This document shows positions 1-12,580 of a DNA stretch of 64,000 nt, in pieces. Origin of the DNA: Paraspadella gotoi (Eukaryota; Animalia; Chaetognatha); NCBI GenBank assembly GCA_051294375.1, contig CM119264.1, positions 18,851,948-18,915,947 on the forward strand. Direction: 5' to 3'. Position 1 is the stretch's first letter; every line of letters starts with the position of its first letter. Both the position numbers and the translations under genes were made by a program. The notes below the pieces were generated by a model. It did not search any database and was not told where the DNA came from. It saw only the letters and a program-made list of their open reading frames with translations.

Positions 1-669
1 TCTCACACATCTGAATGCTCTCAACCTCATATAAATATCACATGCTCTCTGATCTGTACAGATCTCTTTGATACTCTCGACTCAGAACTCCTTTTGATTA
101 TATGAGAGTGTTTGGTGCTCTGGCACCTGTCTTCATCCTGGATCTATAGAGATCTACAGCACTCAGTATAAATTGTATCATTTTATGCGTTTCAATATTA
201 TATATCTGTTATTATGTATATAACATACTTATAAACTCGTTAATCAAAAATAGCGTAGTGTATAATAAATATAGTGCACTCGAGTAGAAGTATTTCTTAT
301 CTATCTAATTACTAGTCGTAACATATATCAATTCGTATCATTAATATTATGTTCTCGTGGATCTCTATTCTCTACTTGCTTCTCGCGCTCCAATACCGAG
401 CCTCCCCGCCTCTCTCAATTATCTGCTTGTCTCAGGTTCTAATATATCACTATAAATCACTTGTCAGAACATCATATATATAACATAATTCGCTCTAATA
501 TAAACATGTACTCCGTCCCCCTAGAACAAAAAACATCTATCTCATATTCTCTCTTTGCTACGACATCACTCTTCCGTATATATCCATTCACTCAACTCGC
601 ATAGTTATGTGTTTGATTGTATATTGTAAACCATTGCTTCATCACGGATACCATAATTATACAAAACTT

Positions 670-1093
670 TTTATGTTGCCGCACGCAAAGTACTCGTGGT
701 AAGCATACTCTTATAAGTCACTTACGGATTTATTTAGGATCTGTTCGGTCCTATCGTTATATCTTCGTCCTGGTCTGTCCCCACTTACGATAAAAATGCA
801 TATAATTTACCTAATTTGCCTTAAGTTTGCCTAATGCCTCATAGTTAGTTACTCATTTGTTAAGGAAAAAAAAACTTCAAATCTAAGGAACTGCTAGCGC
901 CCCCTTTAGGATTCGAAAAAAACTATAAGGAATAAAAACGGTAATTCCGATTTAGTGCTGTTCATTAAATACACAGGAAGTTATTGTAGTCATGTAAGTC
1001 ATGTCATGTTCGCGTCATATCATGTGTACTGTCACGTCAATGGTCATTGTCACGAGAAATTTACGTGATAAGGCAGTCACTGCGCGCAACATA
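670..1093 (+). mobile_element. Helentron/HINE-like non-autonomous element (noisy copy)
   Basis: It starts in a T-run with TATGTTGCCGCA (672-683), whose near-complement TGCGCGCAACATA lies at 1081-1093. It has internal GTCC/GTCG and CATGT microrepeats. The 5' part aligns by eye with 49950-50070 (gcaactct..taagtcactt..tgtccc-acttacg.taaaaatgcata). Confidence 0.4.
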
Positions 1094-1707
1094 TTTGAAT
1101 TACCGTTATTTTCTCTCACTTACTTTTTCACTTTTTACCGCATTATTTAACTTAGCCATATGTTTTAGACTGTTTCGCGATTTTCTCCATTTGAAGCAGT
1201 TTTTAACTTTTTTATATCCTCTTTTTAAAATTAATATTACTTGTTTTTACTTTTTTTCATATTTATCTCATATATTAACCTTCGCCCGTATTATTTTAAC
1301 AATGAAATACAACAACGGTCTGAATATTTTTTTCCTCATACTCATTCGATAGTCAGACGAATACGAATCTTGTGGTCGGGCATTAATATTGTTTCTGATA
1401 ATATTCCCATGGTGCACCATCATCATTTTCCATACCTATTGCCCTGTTTCACGATGATCCCGCCTAGAGACGAAGTCAACAATGTCAAAATGGTCAATAC
1501 TCTTGGCTCGTTTCGCATCTCCTTCGAAATTGGCGCGAACCGGAAAACCCTCGATTGCGCCTCGCGTGGACCTGAACAATTTAAATTTTTACTTGTGTCT
1601 TTCCTCACGCCATATACATACTTCGTCACCCCTGTTGACTCTCTGCGTTCGCTTCTCGATCCCTCTCGGTGGCTACACCTCGTAAGTCTGATCGAACTTT
1701 ATCTCGC

Positions 1708-1845
1708 ATGCTCTCTCTCTGGCTCTCTCTCTTCCGTGTAATTTCTCTCGTCTCTTTCTCTCCTCCCTCTCTGGCTCTCTCTCTCTTTATCTCTCTCGTT
1801 CTTGCTGCGTCTTTATTTCTCTCTCTCTCTCTCTCTTCATATTTT

Positions 1846-1887
<42 letters not shown>

Positions 1888-1888
1888 T

Positions 1889-1941
<53 letters not shown>

Positions 1942-2372
1942 CTCTCTCCTCTTCTCTCTCTGTTTCTCTTCTACTCTCTCTTCTTCTCTCTCTCTCTCTT
2001 TATTAATCTCCTCTCTCTCCTCTCTCTCTGACGTCTCTTCTCTCTCTCTCTCCTCTCGCTCTCTCCCTCTCTTCTCTCTCTCTCTCTCTTCTCTCTCCTC
2101 CTCATTAGCGTCTCTCTCACTCTCTCGCCTCTTGCCGCTCTCCTCATCTCTCTCCTCTCTCCTCCTCTCTCTGCTCTCTATCTCTCCTCTCCTCTCCCGC
2201 CCTACCCTCTCTACTCTCTCGTCTCTCATCTCCCTGCCCCTTCTCCTCACCTACCCTCCCTCTCCTTCTCTCTCACCTTCTCATCTCTCTCTCTCTACTC
2301 CCTCTCTTTACTCTCTTCTTTCAGTTCCTCATCTACGTCTCTCCCTCCCTCTCTCTCCTCTCGCATCTTCCT
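1708..2372. repeat. Degenerate (CT)n microsatellite
   Basis: Directly visible. It is the source of the spurious LS- and ER-repeat ORFs. Confidence 0.95.
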
Positions 2373-2973
2373 CCCGTTTCCCTTTTCCGAGTCGTCGTCG
2401 TCGCCCTCATCGTCGTTCAGCCTCGTCGTCGTCTCGCAGGAAAACGCGGCGCGAAAATTCGACGCCCTTCACCTGGTGAATTGAGAGGAATGAACTCAAA
2501 GTCGCGCGATTTCGACGGATGACGTAACCGAACGACGAAGTCCCCAATCGATGTTTCGACGCGCGTTCGCCGCCATCATCTATGGCGAAACTGGGCAAAA
2601 TTTGATCACGTGACGTTAATATCACGAATATTAATTGGATCATTTTCTTCCCATTTGTTCATTTTCGTTGGTCAAAATTTTGAAAAAGGGTGAATCAATC
2701 CAAACCTGCAAAAATTTTCTACTAACGGCGAACGACAAAAGTCGAAACGTCTAACGGCGAACGCCAACGACGAAACGAATATTCGTCTTCCGTTTCTTCG
2801 TCCCGTCGCCATTGACGAGAGAGGAGAGCAGAGAGAGAGAGGAGAGGGACGACTGGAGACGACGCGAGAGAGCAGATTCGAGAGGACGAGCTGAGAGCGA
2901 GAGAGATGAGAAGCGATGAGAGAGAGAGGAGATCGATGATCCGAGAAGNNNNNNNNNNNNNNNNNNNNNNNNN

Positions 2974-4593
2974 AAAATACTTATTATATAATAAATTTAA
3001 TATAAAATATTTTTAACAAATTTTATTAATAAAAAAGAATAAAAAATATTTTGCCCGAGTAGCTTATCTAATCAATTCAGCGTTTTTAGTCGGATTTTTC
3101 TTATCAGCAGATCCCGACTCTATAATTCACTTTGTCGGTCCATCGGTCCCCCCCTCAATCTTGTCGAACAATTATTTAAATCATGTCAGAACATCAAATT
3201 ATGATCAATTTTGCTAATTGAAAATGAAGACAAAGTCTTGTTACAGCAACAATTTTATTTTAATGTACAGATAAATTTTGCAAAAAAATGATATCCGTCC
3301 CGCCTTAGCAAAAAACTCCAATTACTCGTGATTGGATTGATTGATTGGAATAAAATTTTTGAGTATGGGTAAGAAAGTGTATGATTAAGCCGTGTAACTT
3401 AAATTTTTAATAAAATAATTAAAGTAAAAAAATTATACAAATTATAAAAATTATGCAGGTTAAAATAATGATACAAATTTAAAAATGATGCAAGTTAAAA
3501 TATAATAGTTAAAAAATTATTTGTTTGTAATACTGGTTTGGAATAATAAGATCTGTTATGAACAGTTAGGATCACAAATTAAAAAAATTATTATCATTTA
3601 TCATCCGATAAGCTGATAACCGCTTAATTATCGTAGGCAGATCCGACATTGTTTGCTCAAACTTGTTAAAATTATTGTTATCAGGTCTGAATTTTTGTTN
3701 NNNNNNNNNCAGCACTGGGGAACAGAAAGAGAGAGCTACATATATTTAAAAAAGAAAAGAGAAGAAAACAAAAAAATAAAGAGAAAATGTTTGTTTTAAT
3801 AAAACGTAAACAAAACATTTAATAACTGTCCTGACTAAATTTTAAGCACATCGATGATGAGAATCTGTATATAAATTTTCAGCTTTATACATTCAAATTT
3901 AATCATAAAAAAGGCGATCTACAATTTGGAACGACGACGACGATAACGACGCCACTTATGAGCAAAACCACAGCGACGATAAAAAATACTTATTATATAA
4001 TAAATTTAATATAAAATATTTTTAACAAATTTTATTAATAAAAAAGAATAAAAAATATTTTGCCCGAGTAGCTTATCTAATCAATTCAGCGTTTTTAATC
4101 AAATTTTCTTATTATGCCGACTCTATAATTCACTTTGTCGGTCCATCGGTCCCCCCCTCAATCTTGTCGGGCAATCATTTAAATCATGTCAGAACATCAA
4201 ATTATAATAAATTTTGCAAAAAAATGATATCCGTCCCCCCTTAGCAAAAAACTCCAATTACTCGTGATTGGATTGATTGATTGGAATAAAATTTTGAGTA
4301 TGGGTAAGAAAGTGTGTGATTAAGCTGTGTAACTTGAATTTTTAATAAAATAATTAAAGTAAAAAAAATGATACAAATTACAAAAATTATGCAGGTTAAA
4401 ATAATGATACGAATTTAAAAATGATGCAAGTTAAAATATAATAATTTAAAAATTTTTTGTTTGTAATACTGGTTTGGAATAGTAAGATCTGTTATGAACA
4501 GTTAGGCAGATCCGACATTGTTTGCTCAAACTTGATAAAATTATTGTTATCACGGTCTGAATTTTTGTTTATAAAAACTTTTTTCGTGACAAA
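2974..4593. repeat. Duplicated block (2974-3699 vs 3982-4593) next to gaps, containing a HINE-like repeat fragment
   Basis: The sequence aaaatacttattatataataaattt... recurs nearly identically at 2974 and ~3983. The end at 4555-4593 recurs at 6471-6509 after the next gaps. The block contains ccgactctataattcactttgtcggtccatcggtcc and a core (tgggtaagaaagtgtgtgattaagc) shared with ~19111. Confidence 0.75.
3710..3975 (+). repeat. Interspersed repeat, copy 1 (copy 2 at ~48842-49146)
   Basis: Shares colinear sequence with the 48.9-49.1 kb copy: tttaataactgtcct..cgatgatgagaa.ctgtatataaattttcagctt..aaaaggcgatcta.aatttgga..gacgccacttatg.gcaaaaccacagc. Confidence 0.8.
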
Positions 4594-5504
4594 NNNNNNN
4601 NNNNNNNNNNNNNNNNNNNNNNNNNNNNNNNNNNNNNNNNNNNNNNNNNNNNNNNNNNNNNNNNNNNNNNNNNNNNNNNNNNNNNNNNNNNNNNNNNNNN
4701 NNNNNNNNNNNNNNNNNNNNNNNNNNNNNNNNNNNNNNNNNNNNNNNNNNNNNNNNNNNNNNNNNNNNNNNNNNNNNNNNNNNNNNNNNNNNNNNNNNNN
4801 NNNNNNNNNNNNNNNNNNNNNNNNNNNNNNNNNNNNNNNNNNNNNNNNNNNNNNNNNNNNNNNNNNNNNNNNNNNNNNNNNNNNNNNNNNNNNNNNNNNN
4901 NNNNNNNNNNNNNNNNNNNNNNNNNNNNNNNNNNNNNNNNNNNNNNNNNNNNNNNNNNNNNNNNNNNNNNNNNNNNNNNNNNNNNNNNNNNNNNNNNNNN
5001 NNNNNNNNNNNNNNNNNNNNNNNNNNNNNNNNNNNNNNNNNNNNNNNNNNNNNNNNNNNNNNNNNNNNNNNNNNNNNNNNNNNNNNNNNNNNNNNNNNNN
5101 NNNNNNNNNNNNNNNNNNNNNNNNNNNNNNNNNNNNNNNNNNNNNNNNNNNNNNNNNNNNNNNNNNNNNNNNNNNNNNNNNNNNNNNNNNNNNNNNNNNN
5201 NNNNNNNNNNNNNNNNNNNNNNNNNNNNNNNNNNNNNNNNNNNNNNNNNNNNNNNNNNNNNNNNNNNNNNNNNNNNNNNNNNNNNNNNNNNNNNNNNNNN
5301 NNNNNNNNNNNNNNNNNNNNNNNNNNNNNNNNNNNNNNNNNNNNNNNNNNNNNNNNNNNNNNNNNNNNNNNNNNNNNNNNNCTTCTTCCGACGATATCTC
5401 TGAAACTGTAAATTAAGTTAAAACAAACAAGAATATCTACTGAAAGATGAACTGAATGGCACCAAAATTATAACAAAAATTTTAGACTGATACTGATCGA
5501 AGCG

Positions 5505-6280
5505 ATGTTGCGATGGAAATCACGGCTGAAGTTCCTCGTGAAGAACGGACTAACCCTATGGGTCGTTGTCACCGTTGTCTTTATCATCTGCTTTAGAGGT
5601 CAAAGGTTGGGAATTAAATTTATATTTAAATCTACTTTCTTAGACATCCGCATTGTTTATTTTTTTATTATTTTTCTGGTAATTTTTTTACATTTTAGCG
5701 ACAAAGACCTAGTGCTTCCAAAGTTTACTCGAATGACGCCTTCTGTTTCGAAGACAACCGCTCAGCAACGGTATATGCCATATCAATTAGTATTCGCTTT
5801 GTAAAAAGTTACGTAAAATCAATTATTTTACCCTTATTTGGTATTGCAAGTATTAAGATACAAAAAGGATAAATTCCCATCATTTTTATCAAATTTCAGT
5901 GGCGATGTCTTTTTAGCGTCTCCAAGTGCAACGATATACGAAGTAGTTCGTACTTGTCTTTAATCAGCGCCATCTATTACGGCGTCGACTGCAACACTTC
6001 CTGCGCGGTTCGTCCTCTCCGTTGCGACAATTGTTTCCCAAGCGATTTCGGGACTTTGTTGAGCAACTCGCGCCTGTGCGCCGTCAGCCGCGTCCGCCTG
6101 CGTGTCCTATTCTTGATCCACACGCGCCCAGAATCGATCTATAAACGCGACGGCATTCGCTCCACATGGGCGTCGCAAGCGCGTGACGCGACCCTGGTCT
6201 TTGTCACTGGAAAGAGTCGCCGCGCCGAAATCAACGCTTCGCTGCGACTGGAGAGCGAGAGGCACGGTGACATTTTACAG
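5505..6280 (+). CDS. Partial second copy of the GT31 gene (exons 5505-5605, 5699-5770, 5900-6280), probably an assembly duplicate
   Basis: 5382-6370 is almost identical to 7190-8180, introns included, and lies between two N gaps. The differences are mostly 1-2 nt indels that complement those in the other copy. Confidence 0.65.
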
Positions 6281-6550
6281 GTCTGTCATTCAGCTTCTTG
6301 CCCAGTTAGAAAAGTTTCGCAAAAATTAAGTTTGGCTCATTGGGGTGGTAATTGGGTAATAATTTTTTTTNNNNNNNNNNNNNNNNNNNNNNNNNNNNNN
6401 NNNNNNNNNNNNNNNNNNNNNNNNNNNNNNNNNNNNNNNNNNNNNNNNNNNNNNNNNNNNNNNNNNNNNNGTCTGAATTTTTGTTTATAAAAACTTTTTT
6501 CGTGACAAAGTAAATCATTTTATTTTATTACAACGTTATTTTAATAAATT

Positions 6551-6587
6551 CGTACACGTTTCGACTCAATTCGAATCTTCTTCAGCG
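6551..6587 (-). ncRNA. Minimal type I hammerhead ribozyme motif (Penelope-like), within an imperfect fold-back at ~6499-6658
   Basis: The minus strand reads CG-CUGAAGA-A-GAUUC-GAAUU-GAGUC-GAAA-CGUG-UA/CG. This gives the catalytic core, a 5-bp stem II, a short quasi-palindromic stem III, a UA cleavage site and 2 bp of stem I. An inverted, internally deleted copy follows on the + strand. Confidence 0.7.
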
Positions 6588-7053
6588 CTGAAGAAGACTC
6601 GAATTTATTAAAATATCGTAGTTGTAATAAAATAAAAGAACTGTTACTTTTCACGAATTTCCAAAAACAACGAAAAATAAATGAAAATACCACGATCAAA
6701 CTTTATTTTTTAATATTTTTTCTCTTCGTTTTTCCATAAGCCTCCCGAGCATATTAAATTCCAGAATGACCAATCAAAATTATTTGCAAACCTTATCACA
6801 ATTCCAAAATGTTTAATCTAAATATTAATTTTAAATCATTTTTAGATCGAGAAAAAAAAAATCTACTAATCTAAATAATTAACATCGTCGATTCTTCAGG
6901 TGGAGACAAAAATTTGAAATTTATGAGGCAATGTAGTAATTCGTTCCTGCCGTCGAAACAAGGAAGACACTCTTCTACTTTGGCGGAAAAAGTGAACCAA
7001 AATTTTGAACGTAACGGGAATAGAGGGGAATTTCAACAGCGATTTACTATCTT

Positions 7054-7091
<38 letters not shown>

Positions 7092-7315
7092 TACTCCAAT
7101 CTCTTATCTCTTATCTCTCTCTTATCCATTCGTTTAATAAATAATAATATAACGAAACAGCAGCAGCTTGTCGAACGTCGCAAGTTGCGCCTTCTTCCGA
7201 CGATATCTCTGAAACTGTAAATTAAGTTAAAACAAACAAGAATATCTACTGAAGAGATGAACTGAATGGAACCAAAATTATAACAAAAATTTTAGACTGA
7301 TACTGATCGAAGCCG

Positions 7316-9270
7316 ATGTTGCGATGGAAATCACGACTGAAGTTCCTCGTGAAGAACGGACTAACCCTATGGGTCGTTGTCAACGCGTTGTATTTATCAT
7401 CTGCTTTAGAGGTCAAAGGTTGGGAATTAAATTTATATTTAAATCTACTTTTCTAGACATCCGCATTGTTTATTTTTTATTATTTTTCTGGTAATTTTTT
7501 ACATTTTAGCGACAAAGACCTAGTGCTTCCAAAGTTTACTCGAATGACGCCTTCTGTTTCGAAGACAACCGCTCAGCAACGGTATATGCATATCAATTAG
7601 TATTCGCTTTGTAAAAAGTTACGTAAAATCAATTATTTTACCCTTATTTGGTATTGCAAGTATAAAGATACAAAAAGGATAAATTCCCATCATTTTTATC
7701 AAATTTCAGTGGCGATGTCTTTTTAGCGTCTCCAAGTGCAACGAATATACGAAGTAGTTCGTACTTGTCTTTAATCACGGCCATCTATTACGGCGTCGAC
7801 TGCAACACTTCCTGCGCGGTTCGTCCTCTCCGTTGCGACAATTGTTTCCCAAGCGATTTCGGGACTTTGTTGAGCAACTCGCGCTGTGCGCCGTCAGCCG
7901 CGTCCGCTGCGTGTCCTATTCTTGATCCACACGCGCCCAGAATCGATCTATAAACGCGACGGCATTCGCTCCACATGGGCGTCGCAAGCGCGTGACGCGA
8001 CCCTGGTCTTGTCACTGGAAAGAGTCGCCGCGCCGAAATCAACGCTTCGCTGCGACTGGAGAGCGAGAGGCACGGTGACATTTTACAGGTCTGTCATTCA
8101 GCTTCTTGCCCAGTTAGAAAAGTTTCGCAAAAATTAAGTTTGGCTGCATTGGGGTGGTAATTGGGTAATAATTTTTTTTTAAATAAGTATTTTTAAGTGG
8201 TTTTTTTTAAAAACTCCAAAACCCCTGTCGGCCAAAGTAAAATTTAGCCCTTATTTTTTTTAGTTTTCTCTCCCTCATTCTGCCTCCTTTTCTTTCTCCG
8301 CCTCTCACACACCATTTACCCTTTTATCTCGATTCACCTTGAGGCCCTTAATTTTTGATATTTTTGATATTCCATCTCTTTTCTCTTTGTCCTTTTACAT
8401 ACTTCCGCTCCTCTCAACGTTTCGATTCTTGTTTCAGTTTAACTTCGAAGATGATTACTCTAATGTAACTCTGAAGGCTGTCGCGGGGCTGCAGTGGGCA
8501 AAGGCTTTCTGCTTAGAAGCCGAGTTTGTCGTCAGAGTTGACGACGACGTCCTCATCAACTACATCATGCTTCAGCGTATTCTCGTGGGGAGGCGTGCGC
8601 AAGACATTTTTATCGGCTGCAAAGTCCACTACGGTCTCCCGCTTCGCGATCCCAACTCCAAGTGGTTCGTCAGACACGAGGTAGGTTATCTGAAATGTTA
8701 ACTTCACAGAAATTTAAATTCATAGTGATAAATCACAAAGCTCGATACGTTCTTTCATTCAGTTGTTTTTTTCACAAATACTATTCGTACTTCTCAATAG
8801 TAAAGCACAAGTATTTTGTGTGAAAATTTCTGTTTATTTTCTTAGCCTTAGCTCATCAGAGTATCATATAAATGGAAATAACAAATAAATTTAGTCGAGA
8901 AGTAATTCACTGTTATATTCAATAATCAATATTCTACCGCATTTTTTTTATCCTCTTTTCCAAGGAGTGGGCAGGAGATCGCTATCCCCAGTTCTGCTTC
9001 GGTTTCGCCGTTATCTATTCTCGCGCCGCAGTCAGCGCCGTCGCTGTCGCCGCGTCTCACGTTCCTTTCTTCCGGTTCGACGACGTCTATGTGACGGGCC
9101 TGGTAGCGACAGACTATTTGGGCGTAAAACTCTCGAACGTCAAGGGAATGGATCACGGGTTTGTCGGCGGGTGGTGCGGCTTTCGAAAGAAATACGTCGC
9201 CACCCATCTCGCCGATAGGTGGAGCTTGGAGACGGCGTGGAAGGAGATGAGAGAGGCCGTGTGTGGTTGA
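7316..9270 (+). CDS. Beta-1,3-galactosyltransferase-like glycosyltransferase (GT31), type II membrane protein, 5 exons
   Basis: N-terminal TM segment; R..IRSTW; ES.RHGDILQ|FNFEDDYSNVTLK; VRVDDDVLIN (DxD motif); RDPNSKWFV; YPQFCFG; DDVYVTG. Exon 4 is 8438-8680 and exon 5 is 8965-9270 (TGA). The apparent frameshifts in exons 1 and 3 are repaired by the duplicate copy. Confidence 0.9.
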
Positions 9271-9936
9271 GGTTCTGACGACGAGGGAAGTGAAGGGTGG
9301 GAGAGGTAAAATTGGAATGAAGCGATGATGATGTTCTATTAGCACATGCAATCATGCTTCAAAGTTTATAATTTGTCAATTACTAATTATCAATTACTAA
9401 CATTTCACTAATATTTATTTTAAAAAAGTATCTAAATATCCTTTCAACAAATTCAAGTTAACAAATGAATATTTATGATTATTAATAGTGGTTTTGTGAG
9501 AACTGTCTTTTGTCAATCGTTAATTATAAAACAGCGGTTCTTCCCTCTAGTGGTTGTGCCGTGCTCTCTTGTTTCTACTAGTTAAAAATCTTGATTCGGG
9601 ATTGATAACGTGTTGTTATATTTAAAACGTAGAGATAGCAGACAAAGAACTACAAAAGGATAATATCCTTCTTTTAAAATAATTTAGAATATTGAAAATA
9701 CTAGTTTGAATTGATTTCAGTATTAGGTTTTTTAACCAGTTTAAAAAAGAATCCGGATACGGAAAGATTTCGCAATTCAACCATTCGATTATGAAAAAAG
9801 ATTCAATCCCGATATAAATTTGGAGCGAAGTTCGAGTCGACTGTTTATTTTAGGACGAGCATCGAACGAGGCTTGTTCTAATTTTCTTCTCTTTTAGTTT
9901 TTTTTTCACTCTTCATTCGTTCTCCCTCCCCTCAAA

Positions 9937-12580
9937 ATGCTCGTTCTCGGCCCCGACGGATCCAACGTAGAACTGACGGAAGAGGTGTTGGTGTTGCGCG
10001 ACCGGTGCTCGGCGGAACGATGGGTCAACTTGACGGAAGTTTTGACGGCCGAGGTCGTTAACGCCAAGACGTTGAAAGTTCACTTTGTCGATTTAAAAGA
10101 GCCTAAACTACGCGTCAAAGAGTGGACTCTTGATGCCGTCGATGAAGACGTAGTCAACGAATTCGTGTACAAACTTAAGGTACAGAAATCTAAATGACAA
10201 TATTGAAATTAGTAAATGGTTGAAAATTTACAAGCGCAGAAAAAGTAAAATGCCTAAATTCGAATCTTGGAAAAAAAGAGTCCGAGACCTTCTTCTTGGA
10301 ATTTGAGTGAAGGATTTGTCATACAAGCGTAAAATTGGAACTTGTCCAACGATTATGAACACGGGTCAAGGACTCGCTGCTTTAAAACTCATAAAAACCG
10401 CCCTAGATTTTTTTTCTCCTCGCTAAAAATGGACCCTCGCTTTCTCTCTTTCTTCTTCTCTTCAGGAATGTTTGGAAAAGAAATTTCCCGACCGACCAAA
10501 GAATCTTTTGGTCTTTATTAATCCTGGTTGCGGAAATTACACAGGTTTGCCAGTTTCTGCTTTGTTTTGCTTTCTTCTTTTCTTATTTTTGTAATATTTT
10601 AACTTGTAGAAACAGCTGGAAAATCGAAAGAATTTATTCATTTTACGGAAGAATTCGTAATTTTTTTTTTTTTTTGTTATCGAAAACCCCACAGTGAAAA
10701 TGAATATCTGTAAGAGAGAAAAGCTCATTCACCCTTAAGCCGTTTTTGTGGTAAAACGACTTTGTTTTGAGCCGAACGAGTGAGCAGGGCAATTATCTCT
10801 ATTTTTAGACGGCCATTTCTCCGCTCCTTTAGAGATAAAACCTGCCCCTCGTGAATTGATTTCCTCTCGAGAGTGAGGGAATTGGATACAACGTGTACTC
10901 TGTAACAATTTAGGATCATTTGTAACTCATATTTTCTTCTCTCATATTTTCTTTTCTTCAGCCTTATTTTCTTTTTCCACCTTCTCGTTTTTTTAAATTT
11001 TAAAATTACCAACTAGACAACAACTACCAACAACTACGACGACAACCGCCAATGTCTTTTTCACATCAACCATAATATTTTTTTCCCGCCAAAGGTCTCT
11101 CCATCTACGAGAAGGAGGTGGATCCCGTGTTCGCGCTCTGCGGCATCTCTACGGAAGTTGTGGTGACCCGTCGTCATGGAGACGCTCGGAATTCCCTGCG
11201 GCGCCGCGACCTGTCAGGGATCGATGGGGTCATCGTCATCGGCGGGGACGGTACGTTTTCCGACGCCGCTCAAGGTTTGCTGGAGCGGGCGCAAATGGAC
11301 GCCGAAATCGCAAAGCCGGACGACGCGGACGCTGGTCCCGCGAGCGAGGGATCTGCGGCGCTCTTTCCTGTCGATTCGTCGTCTAATTTTTCCTGGTCCG
11401 AGTTCCAACCGGCGCCATCTTCCATCCCCGTTCTCCACGTACCCGGTGGGAGCGGCAACGCCTACGCCACGGCCACGGCCGGCGTCCTCGATTCCGTCAC
11501 CGGCGCCATTCACGCGGCGCTGGGTCACGTAATGCGCACCGATGCCATCTCGTTGGCGCGGCTTTCCTCCAGCGTCCCGGCGTCGCTGAGCGACCTTGGC
11601 TCCGCGCCGTCCACCCTAGCCGGATTCTCGGTCCTTATGACCTGCTTTTCCAACCTCGATGTTCCGGCGCTGATGGTCTGGGATCAGAAGATGCGCAAAA
11701 AGTGGGGACCCTTTCGCTACTTCCTCTATCCATTCTTGATTCGCAAAGAGGAAGAGATGAAGCTTCGAGTCCGCTACGTTCCGGCCGAAGCCGACGATCC
11801 GCCCTCCGTCTGCCGCGCGGGATGTCAAAGATGCGCCAGAGGGAATGACGGAAAGAGCAACGAGAAGGTGTGGCCATAAATATAAAACGATACAATAAGG
11901 CAACAACGAGTAGCTTTGGTTGTTATTTACGGCAATAACAATTATGTTCACATCGCTGCGAGAAAGAAAGGGGTTTTTTTTACAATGTCAAAAAATTGTA
12001 ATTGTATCTAACGTAGGTGTGGAAGGAGACGGTGGCTGTCGAACCGACTGTCTCCTACCTTTCCTTGACGCCGCTGCGCCACCGCTTCTCCCGCTTCGGC
12101 GTGCTGCCCTACGACCATCTAGGCGACGGGCGCATGACTTTCCTTTCGATCTCCCAAGCCGCCAGAGTCGCCACCATCCTCCACTACGCGCGCATTCGAG
12201 TCGACGATTTTTTTCAGAAGGATTCTTCGCCTTTTTTCGTCGTTGCCAAGGAGATGGTGGTAGAAGACATTTCGACGACCTCCCAGCCGCGCAAGATTTT
12301 CGTAGGGATGGAGGAGACGGTTGACGTGATGAAGTGTCCCGTCCACATTCGCGTGCATCGGCAGCTTTTAAAGACTTACGGTATGGGGATGCGCGATTTG
12401 AGCGGCGCCCCGACTCGCCCTTCCGTCGGCGTTGCAAGATTTCTTCTCGGAAAAGTCGTTAAGGTCGCCGTCGTCGTCGCCGTTGTCGTCGTCGCGTACA
12501 AGAAGGGGAATTGTAAAACGCGTCTCCTTGGCATGATGGAAAACGTATGGGGATTACGATCATGGAAAACTTGGTGTTGA
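9937..12580 (+). CDS. Ceramide kinase-like (DAGK catalytic domain) lipid kinase, paralog 1; exons 9937-10179, 10466-10544, 11095-11867, 12017-12580
   Basis: RPKNLLVFINPGCG, VIGGDGT, PGGSGN, WGPFRY, the CERK-type CxxxCxxC motif (CRAGCQRC), HLGDG and VHRQLL. It has a PH-like N-terminal exon and a C-terminal hydrophobic stretch. Exon phases are consistent. Confidence 0.88.

Larger units (their letters stand above)
1..2948. other. Low-quality, probably unpolished long-read segment
   Basis: The CT/GA tracts are interrupted every few units. The repeat copy at 670-830 differs from its cleaner relative at 49950-50070 by many scattered 1-2 nt indels. The segment ends at an N gap. Confidence 0.6.

Noticed and set aside
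1669-2479. Long LS-/ER-repeat ORFs (also near 24.0, 24.7, 26.5, 39.6 and 48.2 kb)
   Set aside because: These are translations of (CT)n/(GA)n microsatellites or of the 18-bp minisatellite.
4457-5416. 319-aa ORF
   Set aside because: Consists almost entirely of an N gap.
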